A stretch of DNA of 64,000 nt, taken from Octopus sinensis (Eukaryota). Made by a program: the position numbers and the translations under genes. This document shows positions 1 to 13,250 of this stretch, in pieces. The stretch lies in NCBI RefSeq assembly GCF_006345805.1, contig NC_043000.1, positions 74,958,001 through 75,022,000 on the forward strand, given 5' to 3'. Positions within the stretch are counted from its first letter, which is position 1. Each line of letters opens with the position of its first letter. The notes under the pieces were generated by a model, which saw nothing but the letters and a program-made list of their open reading frames with translations, ran no database searches and was not told the origin of the DNA.

Positions 1-501
1 GAAATAGCAATCCCAGAGGCACATCAGTGCGTGACCTAGGTATTTACATGAGTGATGACGCGGACCTTTCGTGTACATGTTGCTAAATTGGCAATGAAAT
101 GTAGACGACTGGCCGGATGGATCCTCAGAACCTTTAGAAACAAGAGAACAACAAGAACCATGATGGTCCTCTGGAGGACACTTGTCTAAGCCACTTTGAC
201 TACTGCTCTCAGTTATGGTCACCATCCAGGTCAAGTTGATCACAGAGCTCGAGGCGATCCAAAGTAGCTACATGAAGAGGATAGCCTCTATGCAGAATGT
301 AAGCTACTGGGAAAGACTCAGGAAATTAAAATTATATTCCCTGGAGCGTAGGCGGGAAAGATATGCCATAATATACATCTGGAAGATCCTGGAGGGAAGT
401 GTCCTGAACTTTGGCATCGAGAGTTACGCAAATGCCAGAACTGGGCGCCACTGTGTGGTGCCTAGGACTCCAAACTTGCCATCAACATGTAGGACAAGAT
501 T
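1..501 (+). mobile_element. 3' fragment of a CR1/Jockey-group non-LTR retrotransposon (RT C-terminus), truncated at a (TA)n tract
   Basis: ORF 215-562 contains ELEAIQ..SYWERLRKLKLYSLERRRERYAIIYIWKILEG, a typical post-RT LINE motif; upstream frames give DLGIYM and YCSQLW remnants. Confidence 0.75.
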
Positions 502-667
502 TATATACATATATATATATATATATATATACAATATTATACATATATATATATATATATAATTTATATACATATATATATAAATATATACATATATATA
601 CAAATATATATATATATATTATATATATATATATATATAATATATATATATAAATATATATATATAC

Positions 668-698
<31 letters not shown>

Positions 699-753
699 AT
701 TATATATATATATATATATAATATATATAAATATATATAATTTATATATATAT

Positions 754-792
<39 letters not shown>

Positions 793-816
793 CATTATAT
801 ATATATATTATATATA
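502..816. repeat. (TA)n-rich microsatellite
   Basis: Direct reading; source of the YI-repeat ORFs. Confidence 0.95.
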
Positions 817-1230
817 TCTCTTATTATAAAAGGCAGATTTATCTGCCTCCCTTTGGAGTTATACAAATCTACAATATAGGATTTCTTCGATTACAATTAC
901 CTAGCATTTTTAAGAGTACAATGCATCGCGTCATGCCAGGTCCAGTTTTTAAAATTTAAACTCCAATTAAGCAAAATTTACAGAAAACTCACATTCTGCG
1001 TGTGTGTGTCAAATGCTTTTCTTAGTCTGGTTTACACCACACGCAAACGCACACACACAGTGGGCAACGAATAAAGTGAAACTAGATGTAATATTTGTTT
1101 CTCTGTATCACGCTGATAGATACATGAGTAAAATGTATGGGAAGCTAACACATAAGTGTGAGTGAAAATGTTCTTGGAAGAGAGTAAATAGCCAGAGATA
1201 GTGATTTGAGGAAGACTTTACATTAAATGG
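817..1230 (+). mobile_element. Probable Helitron 5' end (right boundary approximate)
   Basis: A|TCTCTTATTATAAAAGGC at 817 resembles the 5' end A|TCATATCTATAAAAGGC of the complete Helitron at 51250 (- strand). Confidence 0.45.
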
Positions 1231-1252
1231 CTTGTGTTAGTAATAAAGTAAA

Positions 1253-1283
1253 CATACACTCATACATACATACATACATACAT

Positions 1284-1314
<31 letters not shown>

Positions 1315-1680
1315 TACACACACATACATACATACACACACATACATACATACACACATACATACATACATATACATACATACATATACATACATACATA
1401 CACACACACATACACACACAGTATTGAAGCTTGAGAACAATCAGATACATTTGCAACACATCTGTTGAAAATATTATTGTTCACACACATACATATACAT
1501 ATATACATACAGAGACAGACAGACAGATAGACACACACACACACACATGATCCAGCATGGCCACAACCTCAAGGCTGAAACATATAAAAGAATAACAGAA
1601 TATAAATGTGTGCATGTGTGTGAGAGAGAGAGTGTGTGTGTATATGTATGTATGTATGTATGTATGTATATATATATAAT
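1253..1680. repeat. Compound (ACAT)n/(CA)n/(TATG)n microsatellites
   Basis: Direct reading. Confidence 0.9.
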
Positions 1681-2125
1681 AATGCGGTTTTTCAACAGCT
1701 TGAACTAAAAGTCAGAGGGGAATGGGATAAACTACTTATATTAACTTGCTATAAAAGCAGGTAGTAATTTTATCTTGTCCTTATTCAAGTGCAAGTTTTG
1801 AAGAGTGCATTTCGATTTTAACAGCTATTTTTTTCAAAGCTATATTGGAACAGCCTAGAAGACGAGCCTCATCCTGAAAGATCTGTAGAACTCGACAAGG
1901 ACATCCTGAAAACCCTGGTGGAACAACAAATCTCATCGTAACTGTTGGGAGAACTAGCATAGAAGAGAGCTTGGATTTGGTCATTCAACCATTCATTGAG
2001 ACCTGTGTGCTATCGGAAAAGTCAGCAAATTGGGTCAATGGGTTCCTCACGAACTTTCCGAGTCTAATTGCATGGAGAGAGTGAATGTATGCTTTTCTTT
2101 GCTGTCACATCTCACCACTACTGCG
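1680..2125 (+). mobile_element. Mariner transposase fragment (approximate bounds)
   Basis: KVSKLGQWVPHELSE (WVPHEL motif) encoded near 2020-2060, preceded by an HTH-like remnant. Confidence 0.8.
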
Positions 2126-2130
2126 CTATG

Positions 2131-2774
2131 TATAGTATATATATAAAACTGTAGTTGTGAGAGTGTCTGTCCCCTTCCATTTAGATTCCTAAATACTCCC
2201 ACATTTGCGGTGCAGTTTTTAACCAAATTTGGGTAGCTTATAGTCGTGATTCATATCGAGCCCGTCATGATATTAGCGCGCGTCTACGATGAGTCTACGA
2301 TTTTAAAAATAATTTAACATCATTTTTTATTCCATTTTTAATGCATAATTTTTCGTGTGTCGATGGCGGGCGGCGGAGTGGCGTCCACAACTCACACCTG
2401 CACCTGTGGGAAGGGAGTGTAAGGAAATCAACGTCGTAATGCGTTGTCAAGGAGACAGCGTTCTTTTAGAACAACGACTTCATGGCTTGAAGACACCAAA
2501 ACAGAAATGGCTAAGAAAGCGTCTACATGAGTCTACGATTTAAAAAAAAATTTACCATCGTTTTTTTTCCATTTTTAATGCATTTTTTCGCTATTATATA
2601 AGGGAAGTACCTCTCTAAAAATGTCTACGATGAGTCAACGATTTTTCAAAAAATTTACCATCATATTTTTTCCATTTTTAATGCATTTTTTGCTATTTTT
2701 GGCTATAACTCTCTAAAAATGCTTATATAGTTATTTCACTTACAAACCCGAGCAACGCCGGGCGATACTGCTAG
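2131..2774 (+). mobile_element. Non-autonomous Helitron (3' end clear, 5' end approximate)
   Basis: 3' hairpin CCCG-AGCAACGC-CGGG (2747-2762) followed by CTAG at 2771-2774; three internal ~65-bp direct repeats starting GTCTAC(G)ATGAGTC (2282, 2521, 2622). Confidence 0.75.
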
Positions 2775-2869
2775 CATATATATTATATATAAATATATCT
2801 ATATATATAAATATATAATATATAAATATATATATATACATATATACATATATATATATATATTATATC

Positions 2870-3413
2870 TTTGCCAGTTTAGCCAATTTGTATCTTCTGT
2901 TTATATATATTCATGTAATTTGCATTTTGTTTTTTGTTGTCTGTTGTTTTTTGTTTTTGTTGTTTTTGTTTATTCTTATTTTGTTCATGTGTTTACATCC
3001 ACCCATTATTATCATTACATATGCTTGTATGTATGTATGTATGTATAACAACAATACTAGTAATAATAATAAATTGAATCGAAAACAAAAAAATATATAT
3101 ACAAATATTACAGGCATCCCCCACATACACACACTAAATAAACATAAACGCACATAGAGATATAAGCATGCGCAAATGAAGACATACAATAGAAATACAA
3201 AATGGCTGACGGTTAGTAAGGAGAGACACAAATAAGTGAGAAGAAAACAGAATAAGTGAGAAGAAAACAAAGGACCACTGATGCGGTCACAGAAAGTGTG
3301 ACGAAAGAACTCTGGCCGAAATAAGATTAAGATTAATGTAAAAAATAAATAACACTGAAGCAAAGTAACACCAATTATATAGTGCGTGTGTTTTTATTGG
3401 CTAAACTGGCAAA
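2870..3413. repeat. 544-bp segment bounded by perfect 18-bp inverted repeats (MITE-like)
   Basis: TTTGCCAGTTTAGCCAAT (2870-2887) and ATTGGCTAAACTGGCAAA (3396-3413); no TSD seen. Confidence 0.5.
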
Positions 3414-3552
3414 ATGACCATTCCGAAATATAACAATATCTGTTTCAACACACGACTTCACATAAAAAAATCTGCACAACAAATATTTAAACGTATATAT
3501 ATATATATATATATATATCTATAGATATATATATATATATATATATATATAT

Positions 3553-3705
3553 GACGGGCTTCTTTCAGTTTGTGTCTACCAAATCCACTCACAAGACTTT
3601 GGTCAGCCTGAGGCTATAGAAGAAGACACTTTGGTAAGAAGACACTTACCGAAGGTGCCAGAACCATGTGGTTGGTAAGCAAGCTACTTACCACACAGCC
3701 ACTCC

Positions 3706-3708
<3 letters not shown>
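3553..3708 (-). mobile_element. tRNA-derived SINE copy between (TA)n tracts
   Basis: Reverse complement matches the + copy at 13425 (GTGGCTGTGTGGTAAG...GGATTTGGTAGAC..AAACTGAAAGAAGCCCG). Confidence 0.8.
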
Positions 3709-3765
<57 letters not shown>

Positions 3766-3841
3766 GACTTAGAAGTAGACAGCTTGTTTATAACACCAAA
3801 ATTGAGAGACACCAATATATTTTGCTGAAATACTAAACTAA

Positions 3842-4000
<159 letters not shown>

Positions 4001-4605
4001 TAAAAGCTTTTATCCTCCTCGTATGTGTGTGTGCATGTGTTCAGACATGTTTTTGATATAGCTTTTTGCGTCTAGATGAGTTTTTTGGAGATTATTTTTG
4101 TACATGAAGTATTTAAACTTTTAAAGGTTACCCACATAAGGTCCAGATGAAAAAACAAAAGATTTATTGTTAGACAAATTAAATTTTTTTTTCTTTACAT
4201 ACATGTCTTGTTTTAATGGTTAATTGTTATCATTTTATTCTGGTGAGCAGAGAAGTGAAAGACATTATAATTCTAAATTCTTTTTCATAACATAATCTCA
4301 ATAATTATGCTGCTTTCTAGCTTGATCCTTGACTAATAATAGTAATTTGTCATGCAAGCAATGATATTTTCCTGTAATGCCAAAGTAACCGTCAGTTCTA
4401 GTATATGGAAATAAAATAGCTGTTTCTCACAAATTATCATATATGTTGATTGTCATTTTAGTTAACATATATATTCTTGGGTGTCTTCATTTGCTCTTGT
4501 TTTAACTCTTTTACTTCCCACCCCTTACTGCCTCCTCAATGATGGCTGTGCATGTTTTTGTTTCCTTCATTGCCCTTCCCTGGTAATTCATAACCCTTTC
4601 CTTAT

Positions 4606-6245
4606 CATCACCATCACCATTGTTGTTTAACATCCGCTTTCCATGCTTGGCATGGGTTGGACAGTTTGACTGAGATTCTGGAAAGCCAGAAGGCTGCACC
4701 AGGCACCAATTCGATCTGGCAATGTTTCTACAACTGGATGCCCTTCCTAACACCAACCACTCCGAGAGTGTAGTGGGTGCTTTTTACATGCCACTGGCAT
4801 GAGGGCCAGTCAGGCAGTACTGGCATTGGCTATACTTCAATGGTGCTTTTCATGTACCACCAGCACAGGAGCCAGTCAGGCGGCACTGGCAATGACCACG
4901 TTCAAATGGTGCTTTTTACATGCCACTGGCACAGGACCAGTCAGGTGGCACTGGCAGCGACCACACTCAAATGCTGCTTTTTACGTGTCACCGGCACAGG
5001 ACCAGTCAGGTAGCATTGTCATCGACTACACTTGAATGGTGCTTTTTACATGCCACCGGCACAAGTGCCAATCAGGTGGTACTGTCATCAGCCACAACAA
5101 CGAATTTACTTGCCTCAACAGGTCTTTGCAAGTGCAGTTTATTGCCCAATGATTGAATATGCTGGGTATGCTGCACTGGCATAGGTCACGGTTACAGTCT
5201 CACTTGGCTTGCCGGGTTTTCTCAAGCATAGCATATCTCCAAAGGTCTTGCTCACTTGTCATCACCTCGGCGAGGCCCAACATTTGAAGGTTGTGCTTCA
5301 CCATCTCATCCCAGGTCTTCCTGGGTCTACCTCTTCCACAGGTTCCCTCAACTGCTAGGGTGTGACACTTTCCACACAGCTGTCCCAATCCATACACAAC
5401 ACATGACCATACCAGCACAGTTGTCTTTCTTGCACACCACATCTGATGCTTTTTATATCTAACTCTTCTCTCAAGGTGCTTACACTTTGTCGTGTATGTA
5501 CACTGACATTACACATCCAGTGGAGCATACTAGCTTCATTCCTTACAAGCTTACGCATGTCCTCAGCAGTCACGGCCCATGCTTCACTGCCATGTAGCAT
5601 GGCTGTTCGCACACATGCATCATTTACTCTGAGCAAGAGGCTCTTTATCACCAGCAGAGGTAGGAGCTCTTTGAACTTTGCCCAGGCTATTCCTATTCTA
5701 GCAGCTTCACTCTCAGAGCAACCACTCCTGCTACTAACTTAACTACTAGGTAATGGAAGTTATCAACTACTTGTAGTTTTTCTCCCTGGAATGAGATGGA
5801 ACCTGTTTTCTGCACATTTTCAGTGTTTATTGCCCCTGAGTATTTTCCACATACAAAAACTATCTTCCCAGTTAGCCTTCCTTTGATATTGCTGCACCTC
5901 TTATGTGTCCATAGCTTACATTGGGTACATCTTATGGAGTTTCTACCTATGCCTTTTCCATCTACCGGAAGGGACTTGTGGTTTGTCTGCCTTCCTTCTT
6001 ATTAAGACTTTGGTTTTTGCTAAGGCCCTTCGATTCTAATCCCTGCTGCCACACCTGAAACTCCTCTAGTTCTGATAGTGACTCAGCTATTAGAGTAAGG
6101 TCATCAGCATAGAGAAGCTCCCAGGGGCATCCTATCTTGAATTCCTCTGTTAAGGCCTGGAGGACTCTGATGAATAAGAGGGGGCTGAGGACTGAACCTT
6201 AGTGGACCCCATCCTCTACCCGGAATTCTTCAACGAACTGTAACC
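4606..6245 (-). mobile_element. 5'-truncated, degenerate RTE LINE with 3' UTR tandem units
   Basis: CAT-type tail at ~4606, ~60-bp units 4780-5100, ORF pieces RTAMLHGSEAWAVTAEDM and RGRPRKTWDE. Confidence 0.9.
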
Positions 6246-6803
6246 ATGCTATGGTTTTCAAAAAAATAGCTGACCAATTAGGTTGTAGGACTTACCATGA
6301 CCCCCACCCCACAGGGATTCCGAGTTTATTCCCCTTTCTGTACCCAAATAATTTTAATAAATTGTACTTCACTAACATCCTCATGTTTGCTCCAATTCTT
6401 TTTCTGCCCTTTCAAAATGGCAAATACACTGTACCTATTGTTAACTGTTTCTTATATGTATTAACCCTCCCAACCACTTAGACCCTCTAAAGAAGCCTAG
6501 AGGCACATTCATCATCCAAAATTTATCTGCCCATCCCTGCAGAACACTGAGGAGATGGAGATGGTATGGAGGATTTCGTTGCCTCTTGGCAGAAACAGAC
6601 GTAAAGAACTAGAACCTACTGACAATCTGATCTTTTGCTCTTTTTGCTCTTTTCTGTAATATTAGTACATGTGTGTGTAACACATAGTTATTACATGTGT
6701 ATGTATTCTTGTAATACTTTCCAATACTTTGGAATAAATAGACATACTAGCATGTCTACCGGCTGATGTATGTCGTTTTTGTATCCTCTCCATTTTCTTA
6801 TTT

Positions 6804-6871
<68 letters not shown>

Positions 6872-6880
6872 ATATATATT
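6804..6880. repeat. (CT)n(AT)n microsatellite
   Basis: Direct reading. Confidence 0.95.
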
Positions 6881-7018
6881 TGTTATGGGGATAATAATAA
6901 TAATAATAAACACCCCTCCCACATGATAAGTGGTATTTGTTAGGTGTTACAAATACAGTGGTGTCAAGCAGTCGGGGTAGTCAGTCATAGAGTCATGTCT
7001 TACATGTCTAACTAACTA
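6881..7018 (+). mobile_element. 5' LTR of a Ty3/gypsy element, cut at a TA by a mariner
   Basis: Starts TGTTATGGGGATAAT and aligns with the reverse complement of 13811-13949 (CAGTCATAGA..CATGTCTTAC.TGTCTAA.TAACTA), with a ~50-bp insertion. Confidence 0.7.
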
Positions 7019-8110
7019 TCAGGTCGTTAAGAATGAGATGTCTAATTTTGAACTGAATGTTTATTTTACTTTATCTCAACAACAATTAATGCTGTTAACC
7101 AAAGTATGTACCTAAATTATCAATTTTGCCATCTTATCAGAAGCTTATTTATACCAGCAGTGAAGAATTATGGAGAGCAAGAGGTGATGAAATCACAAAA
7201 GGCTGATTTTGCATCTTCATAGTTGAAGTTTTTTTCCTTGCAAAAAGTTGTCTAATGCCTGGAAAACATGATGGTCAGTTGGTGCAAGGTCTGATGAATA
7301 TGATGGATGACAGAGTGCTTCCAAGTTCAGTTCCTGTAACTTGAGTAGTGTTCTTTGTGCAACATGTGGTCAAGCAGTGTCTTGCAAGAGAATTGGCCTG
7401 TCTCTATTGACCAATCTCGTTTGTTTAATTGCAAGTTCATTCATCATTTCATCCAACTGGTTGATGTATACATCTGCTGTAATTGACTTACCAGGTCTCA
7501 TGATGTTGTGTGGATGACACCAGTGCTGGACCACCAAACAGACACCATTACCTTTTTTTCATGAATATTCTTTTTAGATTCTGTTTTGGCACTTCGTCTC
7601 TATCCAACCACTATGCAGAATGCTTGCTATTGTTGAAAAGAATCCATTTTTCATTACACATAACAATACGATGCAAAAATGGTTCGCTTTTATGCTGTGA
7701 CAGCAATGAACAGCAAGTTTCAAGATGATGTGTCATTTGATGCTCATTCAGTTCATATGGTACCCACTTGTCCAGCTTCTTTACCTTACTGATTTTTGAG
7801 ATGGTCCAATACAGTTGGAATTGAAACAACACACTTTACTGCTAACTCGGGTGTAGTTTGAGATGTATCCACATCCACTAGTTTCCACCTTGCTCTCAGG
7901 TTTACCACAGGAATAATTTTCAAGAGTAAAGTCATCCGACTAGAACTTCTTAAACCATTGACATACAGTGCACTCATTCGTCACATCTTCCCCAAACACT
8001 TCATTGATGTTTCGAGCTGTCTGGGATGCATTGGTTCCATGACAGAACTCATATTCATAAACAACACGAATGTTTTATCTATCCATGGCTTCACAAATAT
8101 TGATTTACAA
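7019..8110 (-). mobile_element. Degenerate mariner transposon
   Basis: ORF 7611-7832 KLDKWVPYELNEHQ..FLHRIVMCNEKWIL (WVPHEL and first catalytic D region); begins after a TA. Confidence 0.85.
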
Positions 8111-8139
8111 GTGAAACCAATGCAAAACAGGCAGAATAG

Positions 8140-10554
8140 AAATCAAGTGTGTACAAACAGGACAAAAATCAGGAAACAAACCCATATTTGGCATGTGGAG
8201 GTCTACACCTGAGGAAAAACTGTCCATTTAAGAAAGTGGAATGTTTCCATTGTGGAAAAATTGGGCACATAAAAGTGCACTGTAAAACCAAATTGACAAA
8301 ACGTTGGAACAAAGAAAAAAGAATAAACAGTATGTTGTCAAAAGAAAATGGTAATGTGACTAAGAAGAAATTCATAAATGTGAAAATTGAAAATATAAGA
8401 TTAAAAATGCAGTTAGACATTGGAAGTGATAGTACCATTGTGAATGAAGAAACTTGGAAGTATATCAGTAAGCCAAAATTAAGTAAGTCTACAAAAGTAG
8501 CACACAGTGTTATAGGTAAAAGATTGTATTTTGTAGGTGAATTTGTGTATAATGTGACATTTTGTGACCAAATGAAAATGGCAAAAGTACGTGTTAAAAA
8601 ATTCAGTTAATCTATTCAGCACAGAGTGGATGGAGCTGTTCAAATTGTGGAATATGTCCATAGGTGTTTTGTGTGGGAATATAATCAGTTCAGTTGAAGG
8701 TTCAAATGTGCCTGAGGGATTGAAATGAAAACTTAAAACATTTATTTCCAGATGTTTTCTTGGATGAGCTGGGCTGCTGCGTGAAAACGAAGGCAAAAAT
8801 TGTAGTAAAACAAAGTACAACACCTGTATTTAAGCCAAAATATAACGTACCATTTGCAGCACTAGAACAGGTAAATAAGGAACTTGAAAGAGTTGAAATC
8901 ATAGGAATAACCGAGAAGAGGGACTACTCAGATTACGCAGCATCTATCGTCTATGTATAAAAGAAAAATAATAAGTTAAGAGTTTGTGCAGATTTTTCAA
9001 TGGGGCTGAATGATTGCTTAATCTCGCATAACTACCCATTGCCAAGTCCTGAGGAAGTGTTTGCAAAATTGAATGGAGGGAAATTCTCAAAATTAGACCT
9101 CAGAGGCATATTTACAAATCCATGTAGAAGAATGCTCACACTTATTAGCCACTGATACACACCTTGGTTTATTTAAATCTAAGCAGCTTAACTTCAGTGT
9201 GAAAGTGATCCCTTCCATATTTCCAGAAGTAATGGATATAATTCTGGTAGGCAGAGATTTTGCTATCGCCTATTTAGACTATATCCTAGAACACATAAAG
9301 AGGTATTTGAAAGAGTAAGAGAATACAAGAATATGGTTTTAAGTTAAGTGAAGAAAAATGCAAGTTCTTTCTGAAAAATTTAAGTACTTGGGTCAGATAA
9401 TAGATAAAAACAGGCAGAAACCAGATCCATCCAGAGCAACTGTGATAAAAAATATGCCCACACCAAATAATGTGACTATACTACAAGCATTCTTGGGATT
9501 AGTGAATTACTACCAAATTTATATTTCCGATATACACAATTTAAGGGCTCCACTCAGTGATTTGTTAAAGAAAAATACAAAATAGAAGGCATTTGAGGAA
9601 TTAAAAAAACATTTTAACATTGAACTTATCATTAGCACATTTTGATCTCAAGCTGGATATTATATTGGGTACAGATGGGAGTGATTATGGTGTAGGAGCA
9701 GTGCTTCCGCACAAATAGCTCATGCATCATGATCATTATTACTAGCAGAAAGGAACTATAGTCAAATAGTAAAGGAAGCATTAGCAATCATTCAGTGTGA
9801 AAAAATTTCATAGATTTATTCATGGAAGAATTTTCTGTCTACAAACAGATCATCACCCACTACTGTCAATAAGTGGTTCTAAAAAAGGAATACCAACACA
9901 CATAGCAAATAGACTACAGTGATGGGGCACCACATTATTGAATTATGATTACAAAATGGAATATTAAAATCAAAAGGAGAAATAAAAAATGTAATGTGAA
10001 ATGTGGTATGCAAATTACCAGTAGCCCTAGAAGACAAAACATAATGTGAAAAAAGACAAATTCATAACAGAAATGAAAAGAATACTGTGGACAGGAAAAG
10101 TAAATAGGAACAGGATTGGAATAAAACAAAAGCAAGATGTGAACCTATACTCAATTTGTAATGGTGTACTGATGTATGCACAGAGAGTAGTAATACCTAA
10201 AACACTGCAAAAGAAAATGTTGAGGGAATTCCATGTTGGATATCCTGGTATTTCGAGGATGAAAGTTTTTGTGCATAGCTATGTATACTGGCCAAAAATT
10301 GATAGAGAAATCGAAAAGTTTGTGTAAGGGTGCACAGTTGTGCTCTAGTGGCAAACTTACCAAAATTAAAAGGTGAACTTTGGCCAAAAGTAGATGTTCC
10401 ATAATTGAGACTACACATCGATTTCACTGGTCCCTTAAGTGGTTCATACTACTTAGTGATATTAGATAGTTTCTCTAAATGACCAGAAATTTGTAAGTGT
10501 AAAAAGCCAACCTACTCAACTACAACAAACTTTCTGCATGAACTGCTTGTGAGA
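8140..10554 (+). mobile_element. Ty3/gypsy internal region (gag knuckles, protease, RT, RNase H, integrase N-terminus), frameshifted
   Basis: CFHCGKIGHIKVHC knuckle; QLDIGSD protease; FKYLGQII..KPDP; QAFLGLVNYY; FHVGYPGISRMK..YVYWPKID; ends at ELLVRFG. Confidence 0.92.
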
Positions 10555-10605
10555 TTTGGCATGGTTTCTGTAGCTGGATGCCCTTCGTAATGCTTTACAG
10601 AATGT

Positions 10606-12527
10606 AGGGAGAGAATTTGCTTAGATGAGATGCAGTTCAGTTTTGTGCCAGGTAGAAGCACCACTGATGCTATATTCCTGGTCTGGCAACTGCAGGAGAA
10701 GTACCTAGCTAAAGATAAACCCCTCTACATAGCTTTTGTGGACTTGGAGAAAGCCTTTGACAGGGTTCCCCGTTCCCTTATCTGGTGGTTGATGCGGAAA
10801 ATGGAGATTGACGAATGGCTAATAAGGGCTGTACAGGCTCTATACAGAGAGGCTGTCAGCAATGAATATAGTGAAGAATTCCGGGTAGAAGTAGGTGTAC
10901 ACCAAGGCTCAGCCCTCAGTCCCCTTTTATTCATCATAGTCCTCCAGGCAATAACAGAGGAATTCAAAACAGGATGCCCCTGGGAGCTCCTCTATGCTGA
11001 TGACCTGGCTCTCATAGCAGAATCACTACCGGAACTAGAAAAGAAATTTCGGGTGTGGAAGCAAGGGTTAGAGTAAATGTAGCAAAGACCAAAGTTATAG
11101 TAAGCAGAAAGGCGAACTCAGCACACACCCCCTTGGGCAGGTGGCCCTGCTCGATCTGTAGGAAAGGTGTAGGTAGAAACTCCATAAGATGCACCCAATG
11201 TAAGCTATGGATGCATAAGAGGTGCAGCAACATTAAAGGGAAATTAACTGATAAGATAGCTTTCATGTGCGGCAGATGCACAGGGACAATAGACACCACA
11301 GACACTCAGAAAACAGATTCCATCACACTCCAGGGGGAGAAACTAGAAGTAGTTGATAGTTTCCGCTACCTGGGTGACCAAGTTAGTAGTGGAGGTGGAT
11401 GCTCAGAGAGTATCACCACTAGAATATGAATAGCCTGGGCAAAGTTTAGAAAGCTCCTACCCCTACTGGCGACAAAGGGTCTCTCGCTCAGAGTGAAAGG
11501 TAGATTGTATGATGCATGTGTGCGAACTGCCATGCTTCATAGTAGGGAAACATGGGCTGTGACTGCAGAGGACATGCGTAGACTTGAAAGAAATGAAGCT
11601 AGCATGATCCGCTGGATGTGTAATGTCAGTGTGCACGCACGACAGAGTGTAAGCACCCTGAGAGAAATGCTGGATATGAGAAGCATCAGATGTGGTGTGC
11701 AAGAGCGACGCTTGCGATGGTATGGTCATGTACTGCGGATGGATGAGGAGAGATGTGTGAAGAAGTGCCACTCCCAAACAGTTGAAGATATCAGGGGAAG
11801 AGGTAGACCCAGGAAGACATGGGATGAGGTAGTCAAGCATGACCTCAGAGCGTTGGGCCTCACTGAGGCAATGGCGAAGGACCGAGATCACTGGACATAT
11901 GCTGTGACTGCAAAGACCCGGGCTGCTTCCTGCACCAGTTCCACATAGTCCCTGCCCATTCAAAGTACCCTGGATCCCAGAACGTCCCGCTGTGCTTGAG
12001 GAGACCTGTTGAGTCAAGTACATGAACATGAACATCGAAATAAATATCAATGGAAATAGTAGTTGTGATACCTGTGCCGGTGGCACATAAAAAGCACCAT
12101 CTGAACGTGGCCGTAGCCAGCGCTGACTCGACTGGCTTCTGTGCCGGTGGCACATAAAAAGCAACATCCGAACATGGCCGATGCCAGTGCCGCCCCGACT
12201 GGCTTCTGTGCCGGTGGCACATAAAAAGCACCATCCGAACGTGGCCGTTGCCAGCGCCGCCTTGGCTGGCTTCCGTGCCGGTGGCACGTTAAAAGCTCCA
12301 ACCGATCGTGGCCGATGCCGGACCCCCCCTGGCACCTGTGCAGGTGGCACGTAAAAAGCACCCACTACACTCGTGGAGTGGTTGGCGTTAGGTAGGGCAT
12401 CCAGCCGTAGAAACTCTGCCAGATCAGACTGGAGCCTGGAGCAGCCCCTGGCTTCCCGGACCCCGGTCGAACTGTCCAGCCTGTGCTAGCGCGGAAAACG
12501 GACGTTAAACGATGATGATGATGATGA
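10606..12527 (+). mobile_element. 5'-truncated RTE LINE (RT with YADD, Cys-rich insert, 3' UTR units, GAT tail)
   Basis: ORFs 10630-11076 (FVDLEKAFD, QGSALSP, LLYADD), 11055-11429 and 11493-11948; tail AAACGATGATGATG. Confidence 0.95.
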
Positions 12528-12540
12528 GGAGGATTCAGCG

Positions 12541-13250
12541 CTATTTATGTGGTACCAGCACTAGTGCTTTTTACATGGCACCAGCACATGTAGGGTTGCT
12601 AAGCAACTTGCAAACCAAAACCCCTCAACCGGGAGACTGAATGGTATTGAGGGAGGTGACTTGTGCCAGCCAGTTGAGAGTTTAAAGTGTAATAGAGGGA
12701 TAGGGACAGGTAACTTACTATAAAGGAGATACTTAGCTATCCCAGTAGGGAGAGGAAGTATACATGGTGATAGAGAAAAAGATACTGAGACAGACAGGGA
12801 GGAAGAAAGAGAGAGAAATAAATAGTGTTGGAGATGCATAGGAACATACCTATAAGGTACAATGGGAGGAATGTTAAGTGGTACAGAGGGGATAGTTGGA
12901 TGTTTCATAAGAGTGTGAGGGGAGATGTTTAGAGATGGGGAAGAGGTGACTGCAGCAAGTGATGCAGAGTGAAATTGTTGTGGTGTGGGAGCTATGATAC
13001 ATATGTGAGGGTATGGAGAGTGTGCATGTAGGTACATAAAGAATGATATCGCTTCTGCCTCTGCTCTATTTGCCAGATTTAGCACCTGCAGACTCTCATC
13101 TGTTCTTCAAGATAACAACTAGCACACACACTCAGATTCCCCTACTCAATTTTAATACCCCTGCCGAAGGATACGAATCTCAGAAGATGCTCAGATAAGA
13201 AGTTTTGTCTTTTCAACCTCGTTCATCTACTCTTCTATTTCTGCGCAGAT
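12541..13250 (-). mobile_element. Probable 3' region of a second LINE/RTE subfamily with a long purine-rich (+ strand) UTR
   Basis: Similar start (GTGG.ACCAGCAC..GCAAA..CCCCTCAAC) and GA-rich body at 55390 and 56856. Confidence 0.5.

Noticed and set aside
411-1695. ORFs rich in YI, CV or HT dipeptides
   Set aside because: Translations of (TA)n, (CA)n and (ACAT)n microsatellites; the same applies to similar ORFs at 14476-14679 and 37572-38353
3553-3708. tRNA gene
   Set aside because: Only a decayed tRNA-like SINE head; no full cloverleaf. Same for 13425 and 42612
6959-6967. TGGTGTCA as a primer-binding site after a short LTR
   Set aside because: Alignment with the 13811-13949 LTR shows LTR sequence resumes after it, so it lies within an insertion in the LTR
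11463-12365. 300-aa ORF on - and similar GAFYVPPAQ / WCFLCATGT ORFs elsewhere
   Set aside because: Antisense or off-frame readings of RTE coding and 3' UTR repeat sequence
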